Assembly (NCBI GenBank): GCA_013335095.1
Contig: JAAXWF010000001.1
Location: 292,268-356,267, forward strand
Direction: 5' to 3'
DNA from: a candidate division WWE3 bacterium
GTDB taxonomy: Bacteria; Patescibacteriota; 4484-211; GCA-002791395
DNA length: 64,000 nucleotides
Below the pieces are notes generated by a model. It searched no databases. It had not been told where the DNA came from and saw only the letters and a program-made list of their open reading frames with translations. Below, one piece after another: positions 18,288 through 27,603 of this stretch. Numbering within the stretch: the first letter of the stretch is position 1; each line of letters begins with the position of its first letter. The position numbers were made by a program, and so were the translations under genes.

Positions 18288-18393
18288 AACGAAAAAACCC
18301 GGCCCTTTTTTCGCTCCCGAAGGAGAAAAATAGGTACCGGGTTGTGAAGAAGGGGACTGTGGTTAAGCCCCCTCCCTCTTCCGACTTAGCGAA
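18288..18393 (-). repeat. Structured repeat element copy 1 (UUCG-tetraloop hairpin nested in ACCCGG/CCGGGT stem) directly after stop of island gene B
   Basis: Shares about 90 nt with 19408-19504: ACGAAAAA(A)CCCGGCCCTTTTTTCGCTCC...GGAG...AGGTACCGGGT..GTG...CCGACT.GCGAACTA.GCC. The inner stem loop is CUCC-UUCG-GGAG on the minus-strand RNA. Confidence 0.55.
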
Positions 18394-19059
18394 CTAGGCC
18401 GCGGCCAGCTCGTGCTCGTGGATCACGGGCATCGGGCAGGTGCGCACCGGCTCCGGGGCCTTCTTGGCGGCGATGGCCGCCTCGAGGGCCGAGAAGTCGA
18501 CCTCACACTCCTCCTTGAGGATGCGGGTGACCTCGTTGGTGTCGATGCCAGCATCGGCGGCCTGCTTGCGCAGCTTGGCCAGGAGAGTGTGGCGGTGGTT
18601 GTCCGCCTTCTTCTTGGCCTCGGCCTTTTCGACCTCGAGCTCGGCGCGGCGCTCGATGAGCGCGCGCTTGGCCAGGCGGAACTCGTCGTCCCAGCCTCGG
18701 GCAATGATCTGCCCGAAGTTGGCCTTGCCCATCCCGAGTTCCTCGGCCTGCTTAAGCAGCGACCGCTTGATCTCGATGAGCTTGGTGTGGCGCAGCTTGG
18801 CCTGGTAGCGCTGCTCATAGAGCTTTGCCACCTCGGCGAGGGCTTCGGCGTTCTGCGCCTGGGCGACCTCGTCGACGCGGTACTCGATGCCGCGGTCGTG
18901 GCTCCAGTTGAGTAGCGCCAGCTTAGCCTTGAGCAGCATCAACTCCTCGAACTCCATCTCGCTGCCGTTCTTGCTCGTGAGCCCAGCGCGGCGGGCGCGG
19001 GGGCCGATGTCGGCGCGGAGACGGATGAGCTGGCTCTGCTGGCTGTTGTCGGTAGTCAT
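18394..19059 (-). CDS. Hypothetical coiled-coil protein (GC-rich island gene B)
   Basis: 221 aa at about 68 % GC; GAGGAG RBS 8 nt upstream of ATG. Charged/Ala-rich heptad segments (KRALIERRAELEVEKAEAKKKAD). Confidence 0.5.
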   Translation of the reverse strand: MTTDNSQQSQLIRLRADIGPRARRAGLTSKNGSEMEFEELMLLKAKLALLNWSHDRGIEYRVDEVAQAQNAEALAEVAKLYEQRYQAKLRHTKLIEIKRSLLKQAEELGMGKANFGQIIARGWDDEFRLAKRALIERRAELEVEKAEAKKKADNHRHTLLAKLRKQAADAGIDTNEVTRILKEECEVDFSALEAAIAAKKAPEPVRTCPMPVIHEHELAAA

Positions 19060-19228
19060 GGGAGATTCTCCTCATGCATGTGGGGCATCTGCCCCATATC
19101 TTGACCACTAGGTCTCCATAAGACTGGGCGAGCCCTTTTTAGGGGGCGGCCCATCATTCCGACGGGTTGAGGGCGTGAGCCCTCTCCGAACCCCCGAAGG
19201 GGTCCCAAGTTACCCCGCCAGGCGGGTT

Positions 19229-19282
19229 ACTATGGGTGAACCAACTTGTCGATCTGTATCAACCGGTTAATTCACCCATAGT
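19229..19282. repeat. 12-bp perfect inverted repeat ACTATGGGTGAA...TTCACCCATAGT with 30-nt spacer, upstream of island gene B
   Basis: Read directly from the sequence. A second copy of the same arm sequence with a different spacer lies at 20366-20431 upstream of gene C. Confidence 0.6.
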
Positions 19283-19407
19283 TGTTCGCATTTACTTTGA
19301 AAAGTACGGTGTAATAACGTGTGTGTTATTACGGCAAACGGTTCTTATATTATAGCGAAATAGGGGATAAAAGTCAATTGCTATGGGGTAGTTGTGCGTA
19401 GCGTATA

Positions 19408-19504
19408 ACGAAAAACCCGGCCCTTTTTTCGCTCCTTGCGGAGGAATTAGGTACCGGGTGGTGGTGGGAGTCCCGGAGGACTCCCGCCGATCCGACTGTG
19501 CGAA
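19408..19504 (-). repeat. Structured repeat element copy 2 (GCAA-tetraloop version) directly after stop of island gene C
   Basis: Same element as 18288-18393; the inner hairpin here is CUCC-GCAA-GGAG on the minus strand, a compensatory GNRA loop in place of UUCG. Confidence 0.55.
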
Positions 19505-20179
19505 CTACGCCACCTTCTTGCCCTTCTTGCCACCGCCCTGCTTGTGCAGGGGCTGCTCGTTCGAGGGCCCCTTGGGGTTGGGGTTGCCGACGTTGGTGCG
19601 GCCACCCGGGGCGCGGTGCTGGGCGCTGGTGGCCTGCTTGGCCTCGATCTGGTCGAGCCAGTCGGTGAACAGCGCGTAGTTGCGCTGCGCGACGGCCTCG
19701 GCGAGGCGGGTCTCGCGGGTGCGGGTGTCGATGCCCATCTTCTTGGCGCGGAGGAGCAGGAAGCCGCGGTAGGTGCGGTCCTGCTGCATCTCGCGGATGC
19801 GCTCGTCGCGCTCCGTGGCCTCGGCCTCGAAGGTGCTCTTGGCGACCGCCTGCTGGGCGGCCTTAGCCTCGAGCTGGACAGCCTGCTCGCGCTTGGCGAT
19901 CCGGGCCTTGTAGCCCTTCATGCCGTTGGCGCGCTGGCGGAGCTTCTTGGCGTCCTCGGGGCAGATGCCCACGAGGTCGAAGAAGCTCACGTCGTTCAGG
20001 CCGACCGACGTGGTGAGCTCGAACAGCTCGAACGCCGCGTCGAGCGCGGCCTGGTCGATGCTGTGGAGCCTCATGACGATCTTCGCCCGGTCGGGGTTGC
20101 CGACGTTGGGGACGATCCCGAGCTTGCTGGCGCGGCTGACGTTGCGGGCGCGGAGCTCGAGGGTGCTGTTCGTCGTCAT
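19505..20179 (-). CDS. Hypothetical protein (GC-rich island gene C), distant paralog of gene B
   Basis: Start taken at MTTNSTLELRARN (the ORF track begins 16 codons earlier). Its N-terminus shows limited similarity to gene B (TT.S..L.LRA....RA..G). About 66 % GC. Confidence 0.45.
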   Translation of the reverse strand: MTTNSTLELRARNVSRASKLGIVPNVGNPDRAKIVMRLHSIDQAALDAAFELFELTTSVGLNDVSFFDLVGICPEDAKKLRQRANGMKGYKARIAKREQAVQLEAKAAQQAVAKSTFEAEATERDERIREMQQDRTYRGFLLLRAKKMGIDTRTRETRLAEAVAQRNYALFTDWLDQIEAKQATSAQHRAPGGRTNVGNPNPKGPSNEQPLHKQGGGKKGKKVA

Positions 20180-20365
20180 GGTAGGGCCGTTCCTTTCTGC
20201 GGGGGCGAGAAGCCCCCCTAGAGCCACCTGATGTGGTGGCCTCCTGGGCTAGGGACACAGCGACGCGCTGGTCCCTCCTGGGGTAAATGGTGGGTTTAAC
20301 CCCACCGGTGCGGCAAAGGTTGCCGCTCCACCCAACCGGGCGTGGGTTTCCCACGTGCCGGCCAT

Positions 20366-20431
20366 TTATGGGTGAATAGAGGCGCCTAGGAGGGCCCCAA
20401 TAAAGGGGTAAGCACCTCTGTTCACCCATAA
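20366..20431. repeat. Inverted repeat TTATGGGTGAA...TTCACCCATAA (about 44-nt spacer) upstream of island gene C
   Basis: Same arm sequence as the inverted repeat at 19229-19282; its inner part carries an additional imperfect palindrome (AGAGG.GC / GCACCTCT). Confidence 0.55.
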
Positions 20432-20597
20432 AAGCAGGAAAAAGGAACGAAAGGACTACCAATAAACGTAGTTCTTAAGTCGTGATGAAAATGTGCAAAG
20501 GGTATCTTATAAAAGTACCCCGTAAGCCCTGATAAGAGCTTACGTAATTATTATAGGGCATATTAGTGCCGAAAGTCAAGAGTTATGGGGTATAGAA

Positions 20598-20674
20598 TGG
20601 TACGCCCGGAGGGATTCGAACCCCCGATCTTCAGGACCGGAACCTGACGCTTTATCCAGCTAAGCTACGGGCGC
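20598..20674 (-). tRNA. tRNA-Arg (anticodon CCG), CCA encoded
   Basis: Manual fold of the reverse complement: acceptor GCGCCCG/CGGGCGT (with a G1-U72 pair), D-arm GCTT-AGCTGGATA-AAGC, anticodon stem TCAGG/CCTGA with loop TTCCGGT (anticodon CCG), T-arm GGGGG-TTCGAAT-CCCTC, discriminator A, CCA. Lies at the edge of the GC-rich island. Confidence 0.8.
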
Positions 20675-20739
20675 ATCTATCGTTATTATAACAACACACC
20701 GATTCAATAATAGAAGAAATTGTATGTAAGAGATGGTAA

Positions 20740-21699
20740 TTACTTCTTAACTTGCCCAGAGTTGGCGATTAACTGCGCCTTCTTTGCTCGTCGGCGCCAC
20801 CAAATAAAAGCGGCTAATACAGGAGCCCAGATGATGCTATATACTACAACCCAAATAATAAACTCACCACAATCTCTAAGTGTTCCAAGCATTGATCGCA
20901 CTGCTTGTTTGAAAATAACTGCTGGACGAAAACTCTCGGTAGGAGCATACGGTAATGCCAACTCATCGGTCGAAAGATTTACCGTAACCTTTGAAAGAAG
21001 TGCCGTCTGATCTAAATATTTTTGTTGACCTTTAAGACTATCAATCTGTGTTTGCAGACTGGTAATCTCACGTTGTACTTCGACTAATTGATTTACTTCG
21101 GTTGCTTTTTGTCGAATCTCTTCATAGCGGGTGAGGGTTTGATTCATCGAATCAATTCGTGATTGGAGATCGATATACTGATCGGTAACATCCTGACCAT
21201 ATAAACTCTCATTAGTAACTTTTATCGCCAAAGAACGATAATGTTCAACAACATCTTTAAGAAATTTACTTGGTACTCGAAGCACTATTTGTGCATAGGG
21301 AGATTCTTCAGGATAGGAGAGGGTACTTGAAACCATATACCCACCAACGAGCTCTGCTTTCGCTACCATCTGTTCCTGCGTTTTAGTAACATCTTTAACT
21401 AACAACGAAAGATACGAATCTTGAACAACTTTTCTATCTGTTGTATTGGTTTGGGGTGTAGCTGTTTGACTAACCGGAAGGTACGTTGATTTGGAATTTC
21501 CTAGTGCACTTACTCCATCAAATATACTCTCTGACGCTCCATAATAATTTCCTGATGAGCTCGTGTTAATAGAATAAAGAGTAGCAGAGCCTAATAATTT
21601 ACCACCAATAAACCAAACTCCAATCGCAATTAATGCCGTCTCGGCTTTGTGGTTTTTGACCCATTCAATTGCATTCATATTTCTAAAGATAAACTCCAA
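20740..21699 (-). CDS. Coiled-coil membrane protein (DUF4349-like topology), hypothetical
   Basis: 319 aa with an N-terminal hydrophobic helix, a long coiled-coil middle (QIDSLKGQQKYLDQ...) and two C-terminal transmembrane helices (FIIWVVVYSIIWAPVLAAFIWW). Confidence 0.4.
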   Translation of the reverse strand: MEFIFRNMNAIEWVKNHKAETALIAIGVWFIGGKLLGSATLYSINTSSSGNYYGASESIFDGVSALGNSKSTYLPVSQTATPQTNTTDRKVVQDSYLSLLVKDVTKTQEQMVAKAELVGGYMVSSTLSYPEESPYAQIVLRVPSKFLKDVVEHYRSLAIKVTNESLYGQDVTDQYIDLQSRIDSMNQTLTRYEEIRQKATEVNQLVEVQREITSLQTQIDSLKGQQKYLDQTALLSKVTVNLSTDELALPYAPTESFRPAVIFKQAVRSMLGTLRDCGEFIIWVVVYSIIWAPVLAAFIWWRRRAKKAQLIANSGQVKK

Positions 21700-21753
21700 T
21701 TATTAAAAACACAATAGAGTTGGGAAGACCATTTTGGTGGCCTTCCCTATTTT

Positions 21754-23148
21754 TTAGACTCTTAGCCCTAGCTCTGCGATCCAGTGCTCGGTGATTGCCC
21801 GGGTTCGTTCTACCGCCTGACCCAAGTAGTGTGTGGGGTCGTCAAAAAGCTGAAGCTCGGCCGGTTGGAACTGCCGCAAATACGGCTCGAGCGATGTGGT
21901 CTTTTGCGCAACCATGAGCAGTGTCTCGTTTGGAACAAGCGAACGACGCATCTCGTTGGTTACGAGTCTAACCGCCTCATGTGCATCTGGATGGCCGTAT
22001 TTGGCCAGCAGAATGTATAGCGGTTCGGCCATGGTTAAATCGGCCATGAACGAAACGTTGGCGCTCATTTGGCGTCGGTTTACCGCCAACTTTCGCATCG
22101 CCCGGTTCAGTCGAGTAATCATATTCGCCAGATATGCGACGATCTCGACCATTGTTCGGCCCGACGCCGATCCGGTTAAATCCCGCTGATGCTCGCTGAT
22201 CTGGTCAAGCATCACCGTGACCATTCTTCCTACAAGTACCTTCCATTGGCTCTCGATCTGCTCGAACGTGATCGGGTTCTTTTTGTGCGGCATGGTCGAT
22301 GATCCGACGTCCGCTCGACCCTGAACTTCTCCGACCTCATTGATTTCGGTGCGTTGCAGATGCCTCATATCGCGGGCAATATTGGCCAGGATTCCTCCGG
22401 TAAATGCCAACTCATTCATCAACCGCATCATCGGCTCGGGGGGAGCGATCTGGGTTGAATGAATGTCGCTCGAAAGACCAAGAGCCGACATTACCACCTG
22501 CTCATGGGCGAATCCATCGTCCACAACGAGCTGCATCGCGTTGTACGAACCAACCGCTCCGGAAAACTTACCGACCAATTGTCCGGTAAGCGTCGTGAGC
22601 ATGTTGATCGAATTGCCGAGTCGGTTGATGTATCCACATACGGTGAACCCGAATGTGACCGGTACGGCATGCTGACCATGGGTTCGGCCGATCTGGATGG
22701 TGAGCGCCTCGTTTTTAGCGATAGCGACGAGCGTCTCCAGCAGATCAATAAGCCGAGGGATAATCACATCATCCATCACTTCGGTCATGCGCAGCGCATT
22801 GGCCGTATCGATAATGTCGTATGACGTTGCCCCGAGATGGACGTACTGCCGCATATCTGGGGGGAGTAGCGACGTGAATACATTCACCAGTGCCCGGATG
22901 TCGTGATGGATTCGATCCTCTTCGGCATACACCGCTTCGGTCGTAACCTTTTGGCTTGCCTCAAGTGCCGCCTGGCATACCTCATCGGTGCAGACCCCGG
23001 CATCGCATAATGCGCTTAAGTGAGCAAGTTCGACACGTAGCAGATATCCCGTGAATGCTTCTGCACTAAGTCTCTTTGCGACCTCGCTATCATAGTAGCG
23101 ATAATCGAGCGGCGATATGGCATCAAATCTTCCCGATCTCTGAGTCAT
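21754..23148 (-). CDS. purB: Adenylosuccinate lyase
   Basis: N-terminal ISPLDYRYYD motif and fumarate-lyase signature GSSTMPHKKNPITFE; 464 aa. Confidence 0.75.
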   Translation of the reverse strand: MTQRSGRFDAISPLDYRYYDSEVAKRLSAEAFTGYLLRVELAHLSALCDAGVCTDEVCQAALEASQKVTTEAVYAEEDRIHHDIRALVNVFTSLLPPDMRQYVHLGATSYDIIDTANALRMTEVMDDVIIPRLIDLLETLVAIAKNEALTIQIGRTHGQHAVPVTFGFTVCGYINRLGNSINMLTTLTGQLVGKFSGAVGSYNAMQLVVDDGFAHEQVVMSALGLSSDIHSTQIAPPEPMMRLMNELAFTGGILANIARDMRHLQRTEINEVGEVQGRADVGSSTMPHKKNPITFEQIESQWKVLVGRMVTVMLDQISEHQRDLTGSASGRTMVEIVAYLANMITRLNRAMRKLAVNRRQMSANVSFMADLTMAEPLYILLAKYGHPDAHEAVRLVTNEMRRSLVPNETLLMVAQKTTSLEPYLRQFQPAELQLFDDPTHYLGQAVERTRAITEHWIAELGLRV

Positions 23149-23217
23149 CGGACTCTCCTTTACTAAGGGTGCGAACTGACGAAAACAAAGCTATTGTACA
23201 CCGGGTATAATACACAT

Positions 23218-23760
23218 ATGTCCGGACATTCAAAATGGCACAAAGTAAAAAATGAGAAGGCGCTTAAAGACCCCAAAAAGAGTAAGAATTTTACCCGACT
23301 AAGTAAGCAGATACAAATTGCAGCCCGTCAGGGCGGCCCAGATCCGTCATCAAACCCAACACTTCGTAAAGCGATGGAAGATGCAAAAGCAAGTAATTTA
23401 CCAAAAGAAAATATTCAACGAGCCATTAATAAAGGAGCCGGAATCGGTGATGAAGGTCGACTCGAAAGCGTATCGCTTGAAGGGTACGGACCAGGTGGTG
23501 TTGCAATTATGGTAAGTGGTGAAACTGATAACCGAAATCGAACAATAGCCGAAGTCCGGGCACTATTTAAAGAGTATGGCGGAAGTTTAGGAGAACCAGG
23601 TTCAGCAGCATACGTGTTTGGTGCGGATCCGCATAATCCAACGTTCAAAACGCCCGTCGAGGATGAACATTCTCTAGGCCAGCTCGCATCACTAATCGAA
23701 GAATTAGAGAATCATGACGACGTCATGACCGTATTTCATAATCTCCAGGAAGAAGAATAA
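23218..23760 (+). CDS. YebC/PmpR-family protein (short form)
   Basis: MSGHSKWHKVKNEKALKDPKKSKNFTRLSKQIQIAARQGGPDPSSNPTLRKAMEDAKASNLPKENIQRAINKG matches the YebC N-terminal domain. The start is taken at MSGHSKW (the ORF track starts at 23194). It is shorter than canonical YebC, so the C-terminus may be truncated. Confidence 0.6.
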   Translation: MSGHSKWHKVKNEKALKDPKKSKNFTRLSKQIQIAARQGGPDPSSNPTLRKAMEDAKASNLPKENIQRAINKGAGIGDEGRLESVSLEGYGPGGVAIMVSGETDNRNRTIAEVRALFKEYGGSLGEPGSAAYVFGADPHNPTFKTPVEDEHSLGQLASLIEELENHDDVMTVFHNLQEEE

Positions 23761-23795
23761 AAAAGGTGAGCATCGATTAGACACTCACCGTTATA

Positions 23796-24341
23796 TTATT
23801 TTGTAAAAATCTCACTGTTTGTTGTGGTTGATCGGCCGCGATATATGGTTCGTTCGGTATCATTTCCGAATATGACGAACTGGTTTTCGGCCGCATCGTA
23901 GGGATCGAGCCCTACCAAGCCAATATTCCCAAGAGGCATTCCGGCGGGAACGACAAATGCGACGTTCAGATACTCCGCAGACCGTTCACCTCCCACATAA
24001 TAAATGTCGACGATGACGAGTTCTGTTCCTTTTTCGCTATTAAACACTGAACGCCGTTCGTTTCGCCCTTCGAATTTAGGACGACTCGGGCGCTGGGGTT
24101 TAGTAACCTCCGGCGTTATCTCGGCCGGTTGATCTATCCGATGTACTATGTCCGTCGCTTCATCCGCCTCTGATCCTTTTTGTCGTGTCGCTCGATGAAA
24201 TAGTATTCTGAACAGAATCATTCCGACAGCGAGCAGCAGATCAAAGAGATAACCGAATATGGTTATCAAGCCAGCTAGTAGTCCCAATGCGACTGCCATA
24301 GCAAACAGTACCTCCCATACACCAAACTGGTGTCCAGACAT
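23796..24341 (-). CDS. Membrane protein with two N-terminal TM helices and a C-terminal beta-rich domain, hypothetical
   Basis: 181 aa; its topology is reminiscent of short NfeD-like proteins but with no diagnostic motif. Confidence 0.35.
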   Translation of the reverse strand: MSGHQFGVWEVLFAMAVALGLLAGLITIFGYLFDLLLAVGMILFRILFHRATRQKGSEADEATDIVHRIDQPAEITPEVTKPQRPSRPKFEGRNERRSVFNSEKGTELVIVDIYYVGGERSAEYLNVAFVVPAGMPLGNIGLVGLDPYDAAENQFVIFGNDTERTIYRGRSTTTNSEIFTK

Positions 24342-24418
24342 CTTGCATCCATCCTTTCCAGTAAAGCTAGGGTGTAAAAAGTAGTATAGCTGATCGCGTC
24401 GAGGTGTAAAATGAGTGT

Positions 24419-24655
24419 ATGACGGTAAACGATGTGTACGAAAAATATCCAGATAATAAATGGGTTCTTTTACGGGTAATAAAAGAAAATCAAGAAACTC
24501 ATGAAATAGAAGAGGTCGAACCGTTATTTGTTAGTGATAGCCGTGACGAAATGTATGAGAAGATAAACAATTTGCCCGAAGGCGATCATGTGATGACCTT
24601 GTTTACCGGTCCTATTCTAAAGGAAGGGGAAGCGTTCGCGTTTTCTTTTGTATGA
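24419..24655 (+). CDS. Small acidic hypothetical protein, translationally coupled to aspartic protease gene
   Basis: 78 aa; its stop overlaps the next start (ATGA at 24652-24655). Confidence 0.4.
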   Translation: MTVNDVYEKYPDNKWVLLRVIKENQETHEIEEVEPLFVSDSRDEMYEKINNLPEGDHVMTLFTGPILKEGEAFAFSFV

Positions 24656-25074
24656 GCGAAAAGGAATCACTTCGATTTGATCCGAGCGCTGGGATTATCT
24701 TAATCGATGCAGATTTACACGGACGTGTGATTGAGCGGTCTCGCCTCGTTTTTGATACTGGGGCAACGTACTGCATGCTTCCGTGGAAGTTGGTTACGGC
24801 CCTTGGTATTGAAATCAACCAGAACAATACTATTCAAACAACTACTGCTTCGACTATCGAAACTTCGCCGATTATAACTATTCCGATAATGACCGTACTC
24901 GGATTTTCAGTAAAGAATGTTAGTTGTATTGTGCGAGATTTGCCATCAGTCAGTGGTGTCGATGGTTTACTGGGGCTTAGTTTTTTGAAGCACTTTAAGA
25001 TGAAGGTCGACTTTGCCAAAGGAGAGCTTGAACTGTCCCGGTCTCGCCGTGTTTTTCCTAAAATAATACTCTAG
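24652..25074 (+). CDS. Retropepsin-like (clan AA) aspartic protease
   Basis: 140 aa with the catalytic motif FDTGATYCML (D-T-G-A) and a C-terminal dimerisation-like segment GLLGLSFLKHFKMKVDFAKGELEL. Confidence 0.55.
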   Translation: MSEKESLRFDPSAGIILIDADLHGRVIERSRLVFDTGATYCMLPWKLVTALGIEINQNNTIQTTTASTIETSPIITIPIMTVLGFSVKNVSCIVRDLPSVSGVDGLLGLSFLKHFKMKVDFAKGELELSRSRRVFPKIIL

Positions 25075-25161
25075 ATTCTGGACTCTTGCTGTTTATCCTT
25101 ACCTTTGTTACCATCTTTTAGTCTGTTTTTCGCTTCGGGATACCTTTGTGGAGGTGAGTCT

Positions 25162-25551
25162 ATGTCTCCGTTAGTTCGGACCGGCAGTTTCGCTCTGGTC
25201 GTGGAGCCTGGTGATTCAGGCGTTGTATTCCGTGTGTACGAGTTTGTAACAGCATCTGGAGATTCTCTGGATTCAACGGTGCCGCCGGTTACTCATGTTA
25301 TAGCCATGTGTGATCATGCCGAGGCGCGGGCTTTTGCCCGGGGTTGTACCGTCGACGAGTCTAGGCCTATCGTGGTGGGGGATATCGTAATCTCCCTAGA
25401 AGAGCCCGTCGATATGATGGGTTCGGGTAAATGGGGATTTGCCCATGTCGTCGTCAAAAAAGGGGACCGGGTGTTTCCATTTAATTATCAGGAAGCATAC
25501 AGGTTACAGGCAATGCGCTCGCAGGTTTTGGCGATCTGTGGTCGTGGGTAA
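25162..25551 (+). CDS. Hypothetical protein (GC-rich ORF)
   Basis: GGAGGTG RBS 6 nt upstream of ATG at 25162 (the ORF track starts at 25105). About 56 % GC, in contrast to the neighbouring genes. Confidence 0.45.
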   Translation: MSPLVRTGSFALVVEPGDSGVVFRVYEFVTASGDSLDSTVPPVTHVIAMCDHAEARAFARGCTVDESRPIVVGDIVISLEEPVDMMGSGKWGFAHVVVKKGDRVFPFNYQEAYRLQAMRSQVLAICGRG

Positions 25552-25617
25552 TATTTGATAGTCCACAAATTGTGGCTATACACAACTTTGCGGCGTGTAG
25601 AAATATACGCCGCTTTT

Positions 25618-26868
25618 TTAGCGAAGCATTTGACTTGCTTTTTTCAATGAATCAATTAATTGATCTATTTCGGTCGTTGTGTTGTATACCGCGAGGCTGA
25701 CACGAACGGTCGTTGAGGTTTTAAACACCTCTTTATGCAAGGGAATGGTGCAATGATGGCCACTGCGAACCATAACATTGTCGTCATCGAGATAGTTGCC
25801 GATATCTTCTGCCGCAATATTATCGATGTAAAAGCTCACAATGCCAAGCCGGTTTAATCTTTCTCGTTCGTGTTGTACCTCTGTTTGTCCAATTATGTGT
25901 AATCCTTCAATAGCGCTTTTTTGCAATTCTTCGAGTACATATTTGGTTAACTCAATCTCATGGGACATTATGTGCTCGATTTTTTGGTGATTAATGAAAT
26001 CAATCGCAGCGTATAAGCCAACCGCCCCGGCGACGTTTGGTGTTCCTGCTTCAAGCATTGACGGTATGCGGCGAGTTTTAATTTCTTCTTCCTCGATATC
26101 GTTAATCATTCCACCACCCCATAGAAGCGGGGTGAACTGGTTGAGTAGTTCGCTTTTTCCATAGAGCACGCCTATCCCCATCGGGCCGTACATTTTATGG
26201 CCAGAAAAGAATAGGAAGTCACAATTAAGATGATCAATGTTTACTGGGATATGGCCTACGGCTTGTGATGCATCGACTGCAATCAGCGCATCAGGGCGAT
26301 ATTTTTTTGTTACTTCAGCGATCTTTCGAATCGGGTTAATTGTTCCTAAAACGTTTGAGACATAGGTAATGGATACAAATTTAACCGGAAAAACTGTAAC
26401 GATTTCGATCAGCGAATTGATGTCGAGGGTTCCATCTGGTCTTAATTGAATGTATTCCACTCGAGCACCAGTTTGTTTTGCGACATCTAACCAAGGCAGT
26501 AAATTACTGTGATGCTCTCCTTGAGTTAGCACAATCACATCGTCCGGTTGTAAAAAATGCTGTGCATATCCGTACACGATTAAATTGGCTGATTCAGTCG
26601 CATTATGAGTAAACACGACTTCCGATGAATTTTCGGCGTGGATAAACTTTGCTACGGCTTCTCGCGCCTGTTCGTACATGGCTGTTGATTCTCGGGTTAA
26701 TCGATGATTTCCGCGTCCGACGTTGCCGTTGTGATTTCGATAGTAATCCGTCATTGCAGATAGTACTGATTCGGGTTTTGGGCTGGTACTGGCATTATCA
26801 AGATAAACCGGAGTAGGGGAATTATCTAAGAAACGGAATTGTTCTCGAACCGATTGTGTATCAAGCAT
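25618..26868 (-). CDS. Cysteine desulfurase, SufS/NifS family (class V aminotransferase)
   Basis: PLP-lysine motif FFSGHKMYGPMGIGVLYG and the active-site Cys motif RSGHHCTIPLH; 416 aa. Confidence 0.8.
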   Translation of the reverse strand: MLDTQSVREQFRFLDNSPTPVYLDNASTSPKPESVLSAMTDYYRNHNGNVGRGNHRLTRESTAMYEQAREAVAKFIHAENSSEVVFTHNATESANLIVYGYAQHFLQPDDVIVLTQGEHHSNLLPWLDVAKQTGARVEYIQLRPDGTLDINSLIEIVTVFPVKFVSITYVSNVLGTINPIRKIAEVTKKYRPDALIAVDASQAVGHIPVNIDHLNCDFLFFSGHKMYGPMGIGVLYGKSELLNQFTPLLWGGGMINDIEEEEIKTRRIPSMLEAGTPNVAGAVGLYAAIDFINHQKIEHIMSHEIELTKYVLEELQKSAIEGLHIIGQTEVQHERERLNRLGIVSFYIDNIAAEDIGNYLDDDNVMVRSGHHCTIPLHKEVFKTSTTVRVSLAVYNTTTEIDQLIDSLKKASQMLR

Positions 26869-26874
26869 AGGTAT

Positions 26875-27453
26875 TTATTCGGCAACCGCATGCTCAGACT
26901 TGGCTTGTTTTTCCATTAACTCATCAAGCTCTTCTGTTGATAAGAGTTTTGATTCTAATTTATCGATAAAGAGTACGCCGTCTAAATGATCAATCTCGTG
27001 TTGTAGTAGTCGTGCATAAAAGTCTGCAGCTTTTATCTCGATAGCCTTTCCGTCACGATCGAGTGCTTTTAGTTTAACCGATGTCGATCGGCGAACTAAT
27101 CCCCATTGGTCAGGCGAACCTTCTTCGTTAACAAAACTTAGACACCCTTCCCAATCTAAGTCCGTTTGCTTTGATGCTTCAATGATTTCGGGATTTATTA
27201 AGATTTGTTTTAAGAAAACATCGTCGCTAACCTCTACGTTTATCGCTATAAATCTTTTAATTATGCCGATCTGATTAGCCGCAAGTCCTGCCCCCATCGG
27301 GTATTCATTCTCGAGTGTTTCCATCATATCGTCGAACATTTTTTGTAATGTAGGGTCGGCGAGTTCTGATTTTGTTAGTTTTACCGCCTTTTGACGTAAC
27401 GTCTCGAACGGAAATTGTTTGATGGGTAATAATGCCATGTCGTAATTATACAT
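26875..27453 (-). CDS. def: Peptide deformylase
   Basis: The three PDF motifs GAGLAANQIGI, EGCLS and HEIDHLDG are present. Confidence 0.9.
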   Translation of the reverse strand: MYNYDMALLPIKQFPFETLRQKAVKLTKSELADPTLQKMFDDMMETLENEYPMGAGLAANQIGIIKRFIAINVEVSDDVFLKQILINPEIIEASKQTDLDWEGCLSFVNEEGSPDQWGLVRRSTSVKLKALDRDGKAIEIKAADFYARLLQHEIDHLDGVLFIDKLESKLLSTEELDELMEKQAKSEHAVAE

Positions 27454-27603
27454 AACATTTGTTATTTATGGCGATAGGATAGGGGATGTAGGGCGATTTG
27501 ATCTCGTTTATAAAAACTGTGCGGGAAATATGCGGGAATTAAGTAAGAAATGACCGGAAACTTTATAAAGCTTCCGGTCTTAACTATTGTCAACCTCAAC
27601 ATC

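Noticed and set aside
18412-20231. Long plus-strand ORFs (18412..18915, 18440..18808, 19544..20221, 19920..20231) inside the GC-rich island
   Set aside because: These are shadow ORFs typical of 65 % GC DNA; the minus-strand genes have RBSs, a consensus promoter and terminator-like elements, and the plus-strand products are poly-Ala/Arg/Leu low-complexity.
17598-20600. GC-rich blocks as assembly chimera or contaminant contig joins
   Set aside because: Cannot be excluded without reads. It is unlikely, because there are twelve or more GC-rich blocks each flanked on both sides by AT-rich core genes on one contig, and because the islet genes share promoter motifs (CCYATAGTT, sigma70 consensus) and terminator types with core genes.
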